From: Camelus dromedarius
Lineage: Eukaryota
Assembly (NCBI RefSeq): GCF_036321535.1
Contig: NC_087437.1
Coordinates: forward strand, 81,532,001 to 81,596,000
Direction of reading: 5' to 3'
Length of the DNA: 64,000 nucleotides
The position numbers were made by a program, and so were the translations under genes. The notes beneath the pieces are model-generated. The model searched no databases and was not told where the DNA came from. It saw only the letters and a list, made by a program, of their open reading frames with translations. Numbering within the stretch: the stretch's first letter is position 1; the number at the start of each line of letters is the position of its first letter. Of this stretch, positions 35,903 to 49,393 are shown piece after piece.

Positions 35903-37889
35903 GTAAAGGTGACTCAAAGTATCGGAGGCCTGTCCCTAAATCTGGCAGACAGAAATATTACCCAACAGGGCTGACTTGATGAAACCCAGTATCTACCCCC
36001 AAAGACAAAACGAGGCTGGTGTTTTCAGATGGTCTCTGATAACGGAAACCTTAAAGGAGAAAGATTTACTAAATAACCACTTCACCATCAGGCAGCCTCT
36101 GGTAATGTCTATTTATAAACTGTACAGCCCACATTCCCCTCCCCTCCCCCTGTCTTTTTAAATTGAGAGGCTTTTTAATCCTTCCATTGCTGGGGCTTGT
36201 GCCTCGCAGCCTAAGGGTGGGAAGCACAGTCCACTGCCTGGTTTTCCCTGTGCTTTGCTGCTGATGGCATGTGATGGCATCTCCAGCTGTCAATGATGAT
36301 GGAGCATGACCCTCATAATATGCCTGTCAGCTCCAGGCCAACTCTGAAACGGGGCCAGTTACAAGGAACAGACTGCAGCCTGCAAGATAGCCAGCTACTG
36401 GCATGTCATATCTAGAGCGAGATACTCTCCTAATAAATAAATTTGATATTGATGTAAAATCCAGGTCCTGGGGCAAAGGGAGTAGTTTTTTTTAATTGAC
36501 ATATTATTTATACATGTACAAATGTAAATAATGTACAGGTACATGTAAAATGTACAAATCTTAAGTGTATAGTCTGATGAATTTTTCATACATACACCTC
36601 TCTATGACCACAGCTATGCAGGTGAAAACATGAAACATGTCCCGGATCCCAGCTGCCCCCCTCCTTCCCTCTTCCAGCCTAACCTTCCTCCAAAAGGCTA
36701 AGGCTTCTGACCTCTGTCACTATAGATTAATTTTGCCTGTTTTTGAACTTTATTTTAATGGAATTAGATAGTGTGTATAATTTTGTGTCATTTACCATTG
36801 CACTGGTGAGATTTACCCATGCTTTTATAGTGACAGTAGTTCATGCTGCATAGCATTACATTTTATGATAATTCAACTTCTAAAAGTTCAGTCTACTATT
36901 GATGGTCATTTGGAGCTATCTGGGTTGTTCCCAGTTGGGGTTATTATAAATAAAGCTGTCTTTTAGTGGGCATTTTTTTTCAAGGTAAGAAGAATATTAC
37001 ATTTATTGAGCCCCTACTTTGTGACAGGTATGGAGTCAAGTAGTTTACATATGCTATTTTCACTATAACAATCCTGTGCCTAGATATTTTCATCATATTT
37101 TATAGATAAGGAAACTGAGATTGAATAGATCATCATTTGCCCAAGATGAAATTACTCCTGAGCAGCAAAGCCAAGTTTGAAGCAAGGAGCATAGCAAAGT
37201 CCAGGCTGTCCCCACCATTCTGCTAGTATTCCCAGAAAATTTTTTTCCCAGAAACTTTTGGTAAATCTTGCATTTTCAAACAGAAGAATTCTTGGCCATT
37301 TTCCATATGAAAATTCTTCCTTGAGCTGTAAAAATGGGCTTAATAATTATAGCCAATGTTCCTAAAGCACTGTTCCACAATTTATGTTACTAAGGGAAAG
37401 TGACCAAAACATAAAATGGCTTGCAACATTTTTATTTCTTGCTTTATATAATGGGATGCATGCTTGTTGCTTTGTTATATTTTTATTAAAGAATGGAGGG
37501 AGGCTGGCTTCTCAATGACCCAGATGAGATAGAAAAATACCTAACTCTATGCCATCACTGTTGGTTGTCTCTGTTATTAAAGAAACCAGATAACTTCTCT
37601 TAGAAGAACAGGACCAGGTCTGTCCACAAAAACCGACTGTGGATAGACCTCTTTTCTTTTCTTTTTTAAGACAGAAGTGTCTTTTCTTCCAATTTATGAA
37701 ACAAAAATAAATCTATGGGCAAGGGATGGAGAAATCAGAGCAAATAATATCTACTTATTACTTTAAAGTATTTTGGGGGAAAGAAATAAGACTTTATTTT
37801 CACCTCTTTGAGTAATATCTGTCTCTTTGGCTTCTGAACCCTTCCCTTAATGCCTTATAGACAAATATTGGAAAATGTGCAGGGGGGAA

Positions 37890-38455
37890 AAAAGGTTTAT
37901 AATGGAGATTTATGATGAGGAATTGGTTCATGCAACTATAAAGACTGAGAAGCTCCACAATCTGCCATTTGCAAGCTGGAGATCCAAGAAAGCTAGTGGT
38001 GTAGTTCAGTCTGAGTCTAATGACCTCCAGGGGAAGGAATGGTGTAAATCCTAGTCAAGCACAGAAGAAAATGAGATGAGATATCCCAGCTCAAGCAGTG
38101 AGACAGGGGAGAAAAAAAAAGAAGTGAATTCTTCCTCTTGCCTTCTGTTCTATTCCAGCCCTCAACTGATTGTATGGTTCCCACCTACACTGAACATTTT
38201 ACTTTACTGAGCCCACTGATTCAAATGTTAACCTCATCTAGAAATATCCTTACAAATATGGCAGAAATAATGTTTAGTGTGGGCACCTCCTAGCCAGTCA
38301 AGTTGACATATAAAATTAACCCCAGAGGCACTAATCCTATTCCTGACAGACCCATCTTTATAATCTATTTACCTTCTAAAGGCTCTACTCCAAATACTAT
38401 CACATTAGGCTTCAACATATGAATTTTGGAGGATTAGAAACATTGAGTTCATAAT
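37890..38455 (-). mobile_element. Adjacent MLT2-like and MLT1/MST-like LTR fragments occupying the 5' part of the proviral LTR
   Basis: GAGGAATTGGTTCATGCAA...GCAAGCTGGAGATCCAAGAAAGC...AGTCAAGTTGACATATAAAATTAAC (MLT2-like), then TCAACATATGAATTTTGGAGG (MaLR-like). Confidence 0.7.
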
Positions 38456-41400
38456 AGAGTGCCTACATGACCAGTACCCAATAAAAACCCTGGGCACTAA
38501 GTCTTGAATGAGCATGTAGACAACATTTCACACATGTCACCACAATTTATTGCTGGTGGAATTAGCACATCCTATGGTATTTCATTGAAAAAGGAATTCT
38601 GGAAGCTTATTCCTAGTTTCCTTTGGACTTCACCAGATATGCCTTTCCCTTTTCTGATTTTTATTTTGTATCCTTTCAGTGTAATAAATCTTATCCACAA
38701 ATATAACTATATGATGAGTCCTGTGGATATTTCTAGTAATTCCCCAAACTGGGTGTGGCAGTTGGTGTCAGAAGTGGGAGTCACTAAAACCACCCCAACT
38801 CACTGAAATATGGCTAAAGCAGTGCTTGGGAAAAGGATGATGGGTACATAATGATAAACTAGTTATCTGTGGTATGAAAAGGCAGCAGAGATGATGTCTA
38901 TTGTGATAGGTAAAGATTACCTAAGGAATTTTAAAATGGTACATCCAACCCCAGGAGAATTGGCTCATTGGATGAGTTGGCTGCTTTTTGCAATGATAGC
39001 TTAAGTGAAGAGATTAAAAAGTGCAGCCTGAATGATGCCTTTGGGTTTTGTTCTCTCCTCCAGGTAGGAGGGAAAAGGGTCCAAACATTCCAAAAAAACA
39101 TTTTGGGTGAGCCAAAATGTTAAGTGTTTATATTGCTCACTCCTCCAGGTGGGAGAAGAAAAGATTAAGTCAGTGCCAAGGCTGAAGCAAGCTTTAGATA
39201 AATCAGAAATAAAGGAGAGAGAAAAAACAATAGTCTATCCACTGGACAGCAGTCCCTTGCATTCCAGCTGAGATTCCTCAGTAGCTGTAATGTTAATCCT
39301 GAAAGTGCTGAGTTTACTGCTGGAGGTTTGAGTAAACTTGCAATTAAAAAAAAAAAAAGAGAGACTTTCAAAAAATGACTTTTTATTTCATGGCTATTGC
39401 TTTTAGATGCATGATGAAAACTGATATAAAATATTATATGCTTATAATTTCATACATGCTAGAGGGATTATCCCAATCAGGGGAAAGTGCCCAATCAAAG
39501 GTGTTAGTAGAATATAAATTCCTTGCTTTTTTGCTGCTGGTGGATGGGTTAAAATTTAAACTCTGAATATTTGAGTATTGAAATCTCACAACTGATTATT
39601 TTTGCTAAGATTTTTGCCTTTTGGAGCCTATGGAGAAAGATAGACAATATGAAAGGAGAGAAAATACCCACAGGAAAATATACATTTGAGTCTTAAAAGG
39701 TAGTTTTTGGTTTGCTAATAAGTTCTTGTAAAATCAGATGTCTGACCCTTAGAGGATAATGATTTTCCAGCCTAATGCACATATTTTTGAGTGGGTCAAT
39801 TTGGACTTTAAGTCTGACAAGATAAAAGGGGCTTAGAAGGACTTGGAACCTCACTGTCTGGCCCTGAAGTCTCTTGACTTTGCTGCCACTAAAGAAGAAA
39901 AGTCATTGGATTTTTTTTTGGAATCCTGAATTCAGAGATCCTATTTGCCTGGACCTAATGGTAGGATGAAACCTCATAATGTCTGTGATGGACCACTTCA
40001 ACCTCTGAAAGCAGACAAAGGCTCAAGAAACAGAATTCAGACCCTGGAACTATTGGAAATTTAAGACCACCCCCACCCCTGTGGGGCCATAAACTATAAA
40101 AAACATTATGGATGCTGACTGGACCACATGGGTCATTTGCAGATGCCCATGGGGAAGGGTTTGCTCTCTGATGGGACCATCTGAAACCAAGCTGCTAGTG
40201 GCTCTGTATATCTAAGGCAGGGACTAATTGCATATGAGATGATTAATCACAAGAAACCTAACTTATGACTCCTGTCAAAAGCTCCAAGCTGGGAGAGAGC
40301 ATATATAGCATATAGGGAGTGGGACCTCTCCTTCCACTCCTGGCAGGTGGGATTCTCAACCCCTTCTTCCCAAGGATGTCTCACTGCTGTTGACTCCTGT
40401 TTGGATTTTTAAGTTATGTGAAATTTGCAACAATGGACTGATAACCTGATTCTACTTAACTCATCTTTCTTTTTAGTTAGGCAGTTTGATTAGTAAATAT
40501 AGATGTCCTCAAACAGAGATTGATTTTTTCCAGGCTATTTACTACATACATGAGTAGGATGAAAGGCCTGGGGGTTATGTAAACATATTCTGAAAACTTG
40601 AAAATTCAGGATTTTGTTCAACCAGTCCCTGAACATGATGTGTCTTTCTTGTTGTTTATTTAAAATGTCTTTCTATGTAAATTCTTCTCTTCCTCTGTTT
40701 GAATTTGTTAAATTAATACTTAGTAAGTGGAGTGCAGGGTGTCAGATGGTGAGCTGTCGTTCAACAACAGACCACAAGAGGAATTAAAGTAATGAAATTC
40801 ATTACTCACTGGTCCTGGAGGAAGTACGTGCCTTGAGGGGCCACATGGGGAGTTCAAGGCAGTGTGCAGACAGAGAGATGCAGGACCTGGGGAACATGTT
40901 TTTATTAGCCTGTGGGTAGAGTGCTTTGCGATTCCTGGGCTAAGGCCAGATTAGTCAATTCAAATCAGAACAGCAGGGTTTTGACAAGTCCCACAAAGTT
41001 CTTATCAGTTTTCTCTAAGGAGCACATAAGGGGAAGCCACTGGGAGACAAGGGAGATGGCTGAATACAAGTGCTGTTGGAGAAGTCATATCAGGACCTTA
41101 TATTTCCTTGTGACTATGGGCTGCCATCTAGGGCGCGGATTTGCCTGAGGGGACTAGTGTCAGTTTCAGGTCACTGCTGGCTGCTTGACCAAACAAAATG
41201 GATGCTGAGGCTGCAAAACCACGGAGTGGCTTAGCTAAATTCTCAGCACCCTCTTTATACCAAATGCTTCCTGATGAAAGGTCTAGATGAGAATAAAAAA
41301 TGATTTGGGAAAAAAAATGTGAGGTTATGATTATGGTATGAGACACACTGATTTTGTAATAACAGAAAAAAGCAAAAAGCCAGCCCCTGGGAGATGCAGG

Positions 41401-42719
41401 GAAAGGTGGCCATTAATGATTCGTTTTTCATAACTGCTCTGTTTTTCATAACTGCTCCTGAATGTGTGTTGCGATCCCGAGATGCTGTGAGATCTTGAAT
41501 TCAAACTGGCTGCTAAGCCTATGATCACACCTAACATCGCTGACTATGACACAGCAGGAAATGTCCCCAGCCCCTACACATCCATGAAGAACACCTCTGG
41601 ATGTTGTCCTCACTTAAAAGGCAGATGAACTGATGTCAAAGACAAGCAAAACTGATTGAAACTGACTGCCTTCTGGGAATCCTTCTAAAACTAAGGACTC
41701 ACCTGAATTCTTTGGACTGGACAGCGAGCCCTAGGGCAGAAGGACACACAATGGAAAGCCACACTGGAGATCCTCTTAACCTGTATTCCCTAATGTATGT
41801 CCTCACTGGGGGGACTTAACAATTGCAAACTTTTTGTTTCCAAGGGCACTCTCTGGAATTGTACTTCTTGTGTGTGTACCTTAACTATCGTGGACCATCT
41901 CAGTCCTGGAAGGCATGCAGGTACGGGTCAGTGTTGTGCTGTGCTTGAATTGATGGCTCAAGCCAGGTTAAAAAGGTTAAGACAAAAACTTAAGGAGAAA
42001 GCCACCTGGCTTTTTAAGATTGACCTTTATCGTTCATGGGATTTAAGTTGGCTAACTCCAGGCCGCCTGGAGGGCACAACAAAAGTCAGTACTGCGGGTT
42101 GCTTCCACCCCTGCTGCACGGGATCTTACCGATAATAATTTTGCTCTAAAAATGTCTTAGCCAAGAGGGAGGATTTTGCAGAAAAGAGTTAACACAGCAG
42201 CCGGAGACTGCCTATCCTTAGAAAGGCCTCCTTGCAAGGTATCTGGGAACTTGGCTAGCGGTCAGTTCCCTGCAGTGATATAAAACTTCCCCTGCCTGAT
42301 AAGAATGGCCTGAACTGCTTGTACAACCATGGTTTATGCCAAACAACTGCTCTTCTTCTGGAGGTCTAGAGTTTCGGTACCTGCCAGGAAGAGCATGCCT
42401 ACAGGACCAGAATCCAGTAAAAGCCTTGGGTTCTGAGGCTCTTATGAGTTTCCCTGGTTGACAGCACTTAGCACATGTTGCCACAACTCATTGCTGGAGG
42501 AATTAAGCACATCATGTGGGAATCCACTGGGAAAGGACTCTTGGAAGCTTGAGACAGATTTCCTCTGGACCTCAGCTAAGTGCCTTTTCACTTCACTGAT
42601 TTTGCTTTGCATCCTTTCACTGTTACAAATCTTAGCTATGAGTACAATTATATGCTGAGCCCTGTGAATCATTTTAGTGATCCACCAAAGCTGGGGGTGG
42701 TCTTTGGGACCCGAGTGCA
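38456..42719 (+). mobile_element. Decayed MER68-like ERVL provirus: partial 5' LTR (~38456-38760), internal region, 3' LTR (~42175-42719)
   Basis: Two diverged direct-repeat LTR copies (TGCCTAC..GACCAG...TTGCTGG.GGAATTA...TGGAAGCTT...TATATG.TGAG.CCTGTG); PBS TGGTGTCAGAAGTGGGA (38763-38779) complementary to the tRNA-Leu 3' end; PPT AAGAGGGAGGA (42163-42173). Confidence 0.85.
40740..41245. mobile_element. Probable solo LTR nested in the proviral internal region (family not assigned)
   Basis: TG...CA bounded ~500-bp segment with LTR-like composition; no clear TSD. Confidence 0.45.
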
Positions 42720-43557
42720 GGAAGGAAACGGAACTCTTCAAATCTTGGGTCAAAAATTCTCCCAAAGCAACAAGATATACATTTACCTCCAAAGGAAAAG
42801 CATTTGGTCTACATTATATAAAATTAGTCCACCTGCATATTTTTCCTAATTAAGCCCATTTCTTTAAAAGTATGAGAGAAAGATGGCTCCCCACTTTGTC
42901 CCAAAGTTCTTATACAAACCTAAGGGAGTAAAGGAGCAGCAGCAGCAGGTGTCAAGTCTCAGCAGCTGGGAGGGAAGTGCTCTTCTGTCCTGTCTCGGAA
43001 GCCAGGGCTCAAGAGGCAGCCATGCTGCACCCTGAGAGCCCAGCAGCCAGCTTTCCCTGGCAGGGGCCTGGACACCTGTCTTGAGGACATGCTGCCAGGG
43101 GCACGGAACCAGAGAGAGCTGCCCTATTGACCCTGCTCTGCCTTGCCAATCCCAGTGTTTACCCAAAAATGTCAAATGACTGAGACAGCTGCAGTTTTCT
43201 AGGGGATTTTGAGTGTGCGTTTTCTTATTGTGCTTAATGTAAAAGGAACAACATTCTCTTAGAGGGTAGGAAACTTGCAATGTGCAATCAGACATCAAGG
43301 ATGCCCATGTAAGCAGTGGAAATGATCTTTGGGCTGTGTAAAAATGAAATGGCTTTGCAATGCCCTGTTTTCACATTTGCTGCTTCAGAAGACTGCAATA
43401 GTGAAAAGATGTCTTTCCCTTGATTTATTTCATTCTCTCTTTATTTCCCTTTAGTTATTTCATTTCATTCTCTTTATTTCATTCTCCATAGCCTCTATAT
43501 GTTGTAGTAATTTATTTTTCAGTAAAGTTTTTTTTCTTAAAACAGTTAAAGGGAAAA

Positions 43558-43647
43558 GGGGGCGGGTATAGCTCACTGGTAGACTACATGCTTAGCATGC
43601 ACGAGGTCCTGGGTTCAATCCCTAATACCTCCATAAAAAAAAAAAAA
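43558..43647 (+). mobile_element. Short tRNA-derived SINE (head plus poly(A) only)
   Basis: TSD CAGTTAAAGGGAA at 43543-43555 and 43649-43661. Confidence 0.9.
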
Positions 43648-44169
43648 GCAGTTAAAGGGAAGAATTATTCCTCACAACGCTTTCAAGCTTGGTCAAGACA
43701 ATCTCATTCTGGAAAAGAAATGCTATATACAAAAGAACTAAGCTACTACATCTTTTTCTTTAATAGTCAAAATACATCAATGGTTTTTAGACAGTTTTCA
43801 CTTGCCAGAAAGCTGTGCTTGAATACTTGAATCTGTGTGCTGTGTTCTATTTAATGTCCTCATTGTCAGAATGTTCTTTTGTAGGCAACATATCATAACG
43901 TAATCATGCATTTCCATGATTGTTTTCAACTTACACTGTGAAGTTTGCAACCCTTTCGGGTTGATTATCAAAGACAAGGATAGCTTATTGCTCAACCAAG
44001 TGTCCTAAAGCATGTACGTGAGGGTATATCATCATCATTTTTTATTCTAAAAAGCTATGTAGCTTATATTATGAAAACTATTTTAAAAATATACCACAGT
44101 TCATGTAAACAATATATGATGGAAAGAAGGTGTTTTCGGAGGATTGCCAATTAGAATAGTGGTTATATA

Positions 44170-44242
44170 CTGGAATTTGATACAACATTGTAAAATGATT
44201 ATAAATCAATAAAAAAAAGTTAAAAAAATAAAATAAAATAAA
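44170..44242 (+). mobile_element. 73-bp extreme 3' end of the young L1 family
   Basis: CTGGAATTTGATACAACATTGTAAAATGATTATAAATCAATAAAAA nearly equals the reverse complement of 1811-1860; perfect 17-bp TSD AGAATAGTGGTTATATA at 44153-44169 and 44243-44259. Confidence 0.93.
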
Positions 44243-45275
44243 AGAATAGTGGTTATATAAATATCCAGTTACTTTGGCATTAAGCATCATTAAGTTCTGC
44301 AGGATTCTGGCTAATGTAGCCTTCATGATAGTCAAAGTTATTAGATGTTGGAATAGGTTTTTACAAAACAATAACTCATCTCTTCCACAAGAGACCTTGA
44401 AACACAGCATTCATTCTCATCTGTCAGAGATGGAATCTGTGCAGCTTTGCCTCCAGGAGTGTTATTAATTATATGACCTCTCAAGGTCTTTTTGATCCCT
44501 GAGCACCTGTTATTCTAAAACAGAATGAACACAGTCTTAAATTTTACCACTAACAAAAAACTTATCAATTCAGCTCATCAGCGTGATATATTTCAGAAAA
44601 GGCTTCCTCCCAGTTGTTAACTGCAATGTCACAGATTCTAAGGGTGGTACCTCAGCACCTGAGTCCACAAGCCTCCCCATGAGAAGTGCTCCAGAGAAGA
44701 ACTGGGGGGATCAGACTCTTGTGAATCTCACTTCTAATGGGAGCAAATCTTTGCAATGTACAATACAGGAGTGGATCACCAAACATTTAAAGAAAATTGT
44801 GACAAAACACTGACGACATTTAGAAAAAGAAATTAGAAAGATTAAAGTTTAAGTCAATAAACAATGGGAAGCCTTCAGAGTAGTAAAAGGAAAAACTTTA
44901 AGGAAGCTTTAGAACAATCTTTTCTGAGGGTCAAACGCCATATACTGTTAGTATGAATATAGTCTCTCTGGAAAGAAATATGGTGACATAAAAAGCTAAG
45001 AAGCTTTAAAAAATATTCTAATCCCTTGAAATTACACTTCTGAGTATTATTAGTATATAAGTAGAGATACCTACAAAGGATATTTGTTCATCATAACATT
45101 ATTTAAAATAACAATAATGTGGAAACATCTTAAAAGTACAAATGAAGATCAGGCTAATAAATTATGACATATTCATACAATGGAATTCCATGCAGCCATA
45201 AAAAAAAATGGACTTAATGACACAAAGAACTTCTCAGAATGAAATACTTGATGACAAAACCAAAATATAATATAG

Positions 45276-45647
45276 TGTGATGGTTAATTTTATTTATCAG
45301 TTTGGCTAAGCCACGGTGTCCAGATATTTGGTTAAACATTATTCTGGATGTTTCTTCAAGAGTGTTTTTTGGATAAGATTTTCATTTAAATCAGTGGAAC
45401 TCTGAGTAAAGCAGATGTGCTCCATTATGTGTGTGGGCCTCATCCAATCAGGTGATGGCTTGAATAGAACAAAAGACTGACCTCACCTAAGCAAGAGGAA
45501 ATTGTGCCAGCAGACTGCTTTTGGACTCAACTGCAATATTGCCTCCTGGGTCTCCAGCCTGTCAGCCTACCCTGTAGATTTTGGATTTGCCAGCCTCCAT
45601 AATCCTGTGAGCCAATTCCTTAAATATATCTCAGGCTCAATCTCTCA

Positions 45648-45699
<52 letters not shown>

Positions 45700-45726
45700 G
45701 TTCTTTCTCTGGAGAGCCCTAATACA
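45276..45726 (+). mobile_element. MLT2-type ERVL solo LTR containing a (CT)n tract
   Basis: TGTGATGGTTAATTTTAT...GAGAGCCCTAATACA; perfect TSD TATAG at 45271-45275 and 45727-45731. Confidence 0.92.
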
Positions 45727-45884
45727 TATAGTTTATTAGTTATGCTCCCAAGTGTCAACTATGAATGGTGGGATTTCAGATAATTTTATTTTCTTTTTTA
45801 TACTTTTCCCCGTTTCCTAAATTCTGTAAATAATCATGTATTGCTTTTATAGTCCTGAGAAGATATTATTTTTAAATGACTAGA

Positions 45885-48160
45885 GCACATCATACTTAAC
45901 GGTGGAAGACTAAAAGCTTTCCCCCTGAGATCAGAAAAAGGCAAGAAGACCCACTCTTGCCACTCTTATTCAACATAGTATTAGAAGTTCTAGTCAGTGC
46001 AATAGGGAAGAAAAATAGGAGGGGGGGGAGGCATGTAGATTTATAAAAAAGAAATAAAACTGTCTCGATTTTTAGGTAATGATGTCTACGTATAAAACCC
46101 CAAGGAATCTAAAAAAATACTCGTAGGACCTATAAATCAGTTTCAGAAGGTCATTACATACAAGATCAACACACTCACACAAAAATTAATTGCATTTCTA
46201 CATATTAACAATGAACATTTGGAAATCAAAATTAAAAACAATACCATTTATGATTGCTTCAAAGAAAATGAAATATTTAGATATAAATCTAACAAAACAC
46301 ACGCAGAATCTGTATACTGAAAATGACAAAATGCTGATGAAAGAAATTAAAGAAGACTAAGTAAATGGAAAGGCTTAACATATTCGTGAATTAGAAGACA
46401 ATACAGTAAAGATGCCAGTTCTCCCCACATTAATTTATGACTTCATAAAAATTCCTATCAAGGTGTTTGTAGACCAGAAAAACTTATTCCAAAATTTATA
46501 CGGAAATGCAAAGGACATGAAACAGTTAAACACAATGAAGAATAAACTGGGAGAATCATGCTGCACAATGTTATGGCTTACCATATATCTACAATAATGA
46601 AGACAGTGTGGTATTGTAGAGGGAGAGACACATAGACCAATGGAATAGTGAATCCAGAAATAGACCTACATATACATACTCAACTAAATTTTGAAGAGGT
46701 AGAAAAGTAACAAATGATGCTGGAGCAATTGGACATCCACAGTTTAAAAAATAACCTTGACTTATGTCTCATACTTGACACAAAAATTAACTCAAAATGG
46801 ATTAAATGTAAATTGTAAAACTGAAAAGCTTTCGGGAAAAAAAAAAAGGAGAAAACATTTGAGATCAAGACCCAGGCAAAGAGTTTAGACTTGACACCAG
46901 GACTGTAATCCATAAAAGGGAAAATTGATTAGGTAGATCTCATCAAATTAGAAACCTTTTCTCTGGAAGAGACTGTTAAGAAAATGAAAAGACAAGCTGA
47001 AGACTGAGAGAAAACATTTGCAAAGCATTTATCTGACAAGGACTAGTAGCTAGACTATATAATTAACTTTCAAAATTCAACATTAAAAGAAAAACAATTT
47101 CAATTAGAAAATGAGCAGAAGACATGAAAGACATTTCATTGAAAAGGACATACAGATGGCAAATAAGCACATGAAAAGGTATTCAACGTCATGAGCCATT
47201 AGGTAAAAGCAAATTAAAACCACAATCAGATATCACTATACATCTATCAGAACAGACAAAATTTTTAAAAATTTTGTTAACATCAAATGCTGGAGAAGAA
47301 GCAGAGAAACTGGACTGCGCATATATTGCTGGTGGGAATGAAAAATACCAATGGTCACTTTGGAAAATAGTTTGCTAGTTTCTTTCAAAAATGAAAAATG
47401 TGGGTTGGGGAGGGTATAGCTCAGTGGTAGAGCATATGCTTAGCATGCACAAGGTCCTAGGTTCAATCCCCAGTACCTCCATATAAACAAATAAATCCCT
47501 AATAACCCCACCAAAATAATAAAGTAAAAAAAATTTTTAATTAAAATAAAATTTAAAAAACTAAAAATACAATACCCATAGGATTCAGCAATTGACTCTT
47601 GGACATTTCCATAGAGAAATTAAACCCTATGTTCATGCAAAAACCTGCATATAAATGAGCAGATTTGATACACAAAGCAATTTAAGACTGACCTCAAGAG
47701 AATTATGCTGAGTGAAAAAGTCCAATCTCAAAAGCATGTATACTGTGATTTTATTTATATAACATTCTTTAAAGAACAATCACAGAGATTAAGAACAGAT
47801 TAGTGGTGGCCATGGGCTAGGGATTTGGGAGGGGGTGGTGTGGCTATAAAGTTTAGCATGAAGGAGCTTTGGGGTGATGGAACAGTTCTATATTTTGATT
47901 GCAGTGGTAGTTACAAGAAACTATACATGTGTTAAAACTTCACAGAACTACAACGTACACACAAATGAGTACATGTATTGCTGGTGAAATCTGAGTATGT
48001 TCTCTGGGTTATATCAATGTCAGTTTCCTGATTGTGATACTGTTCTACAGCTATGCAAGTTGTCAATATTGGAAAAGGTGAGGATGAAAGGTACCTGGAC
48101 CTCCATGTACATTTATTTGTAACTTCGATAATTATTTCACTATAAAAGTAAAATGAAAAC
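45885..48160 (+). mobile_element. Old LINE-1 (RT region to 3' end), degenerate
   Basis: CTAAAAGCTTTCCCCCTGAGATCAG, TTCAACATAGTATTAGAAGTTCTAG, CAGATGGCAAATAAGCACATGAAAAG; many stops. Confidence 0.88.
47407..47555 (+). mobile_element. tRNA-derived SINE (Vic-1-like) nested in L1
   Basis: GGGGAGGGTATAGCTCAGTGGTAGAGCATATGCTTAGCATGCACAAGGTCCTAGGTTCAATCCCCAGTACCTCC. Confidence 0.9.
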
Positions 48161-48888
48161 TTACTGCTACCAAGAAAAAGAAAGTTCTCTAAATGGGTAG
48201 TGACAGGATCAAATGCTTTTGAGCTATAGGTATTCTGGGAAGATAGCAATGAAGACAGCATAGCTTTTCAATCTCTCTGAACCCCCACATGAAAACCAAA
48301 AGAGCAACTGTAAATGAAATCACTCATGGACAACTCTACAACAAATATAGGTGACAAATGTCCTCCACCCCCAAGTGGAAGTTGTGGGGTCACACTACCA
48401 ACAGCTAAGACCTGATAGAGTTGTCTAAGCTGAAGGGAGATGGAAGAAACAGGTCATCTATTAGACCTCTAAGAACCAGAGAACCAAAAAATAGCCAATA
48501 GTTCAGAAAGGACAAGGGACCAATTTGAAAATAGTGTTATCCTTTTATCCACAATGTTGCTGAACTATTTTGGAAGATCTAGATTACAGATTTTCTATGG
48601 AGACAACCATATTATCCATAAATAATAAAAAATCACTTCTTCCTTTCTAATATCCCTTTATTTCCCTTTTTGGTCTTATTAACATCTTCATTAACATCTA
48701 ATAAACTTGAAAACCTTGGCTGGTTCTTGACTTCAAAGAGAAAGTTATTAACATTTCACTGTTAGATATGATGTTTATTTAGACTTTCAGATAATTTCTA
48801 CCAAGATTCTGTAATGAAAATGTTTTTTCTAATTGCATCATAAGTAAATATGGCAAAATACAACATACATTAAATCTTGGTAGAAGAT

Positions 48889-49393
48889 TGTGGTAGATTA
48901 AAAATAATTCAACTTTTTGCTACTTCTTCCTTTGAGAGTTGGAGCCTAATTCACTTCCCCATGAATCTGTACTGGCCTTAGTAACATGCCTGACCCAAAG
49001 AAGGTGGTAGAAGTGATGTTTTGGAAAGCTTTGCAGCTTCTGCTGGGGACTCCTAGGACTCTGTCTCCCAAAACCCTGAGCTGCCACATAAGTCTGATTA
49101 CCCTGACTGCTATGATGGAAAGGCCACAAGAAGGTGCTCTGTTGATAGTCTCAAATGAGTCCATCTTCAAGCTAACTTCATCAAGGTGTCAGATCCTGAC
49201 TGAAGCCACCTTGAATCCCCCAGACCAGCCCATCCGCCAGGAGAGTAAACTCTGTTGACACCATCAGAAGAGAAAAGTCAATCAAGCCTTGCCCAAATTC
49301 CTGAGTAACAAAATTGTGAGATGTAATAAATTAGTTGTTTTAAACCACTACCACTTGGGAAAGTTTGTTAAGCAGCAGCAGATTACTGGAACA
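48889..49393 (+). mobile_element. MaLR MLT1-type solo LTR
   Basis: TGTGGTAGATT...GTTGTTTTAAACCACTA...GCAGCAGATTACTGGAACA. Confidence 0.75.
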
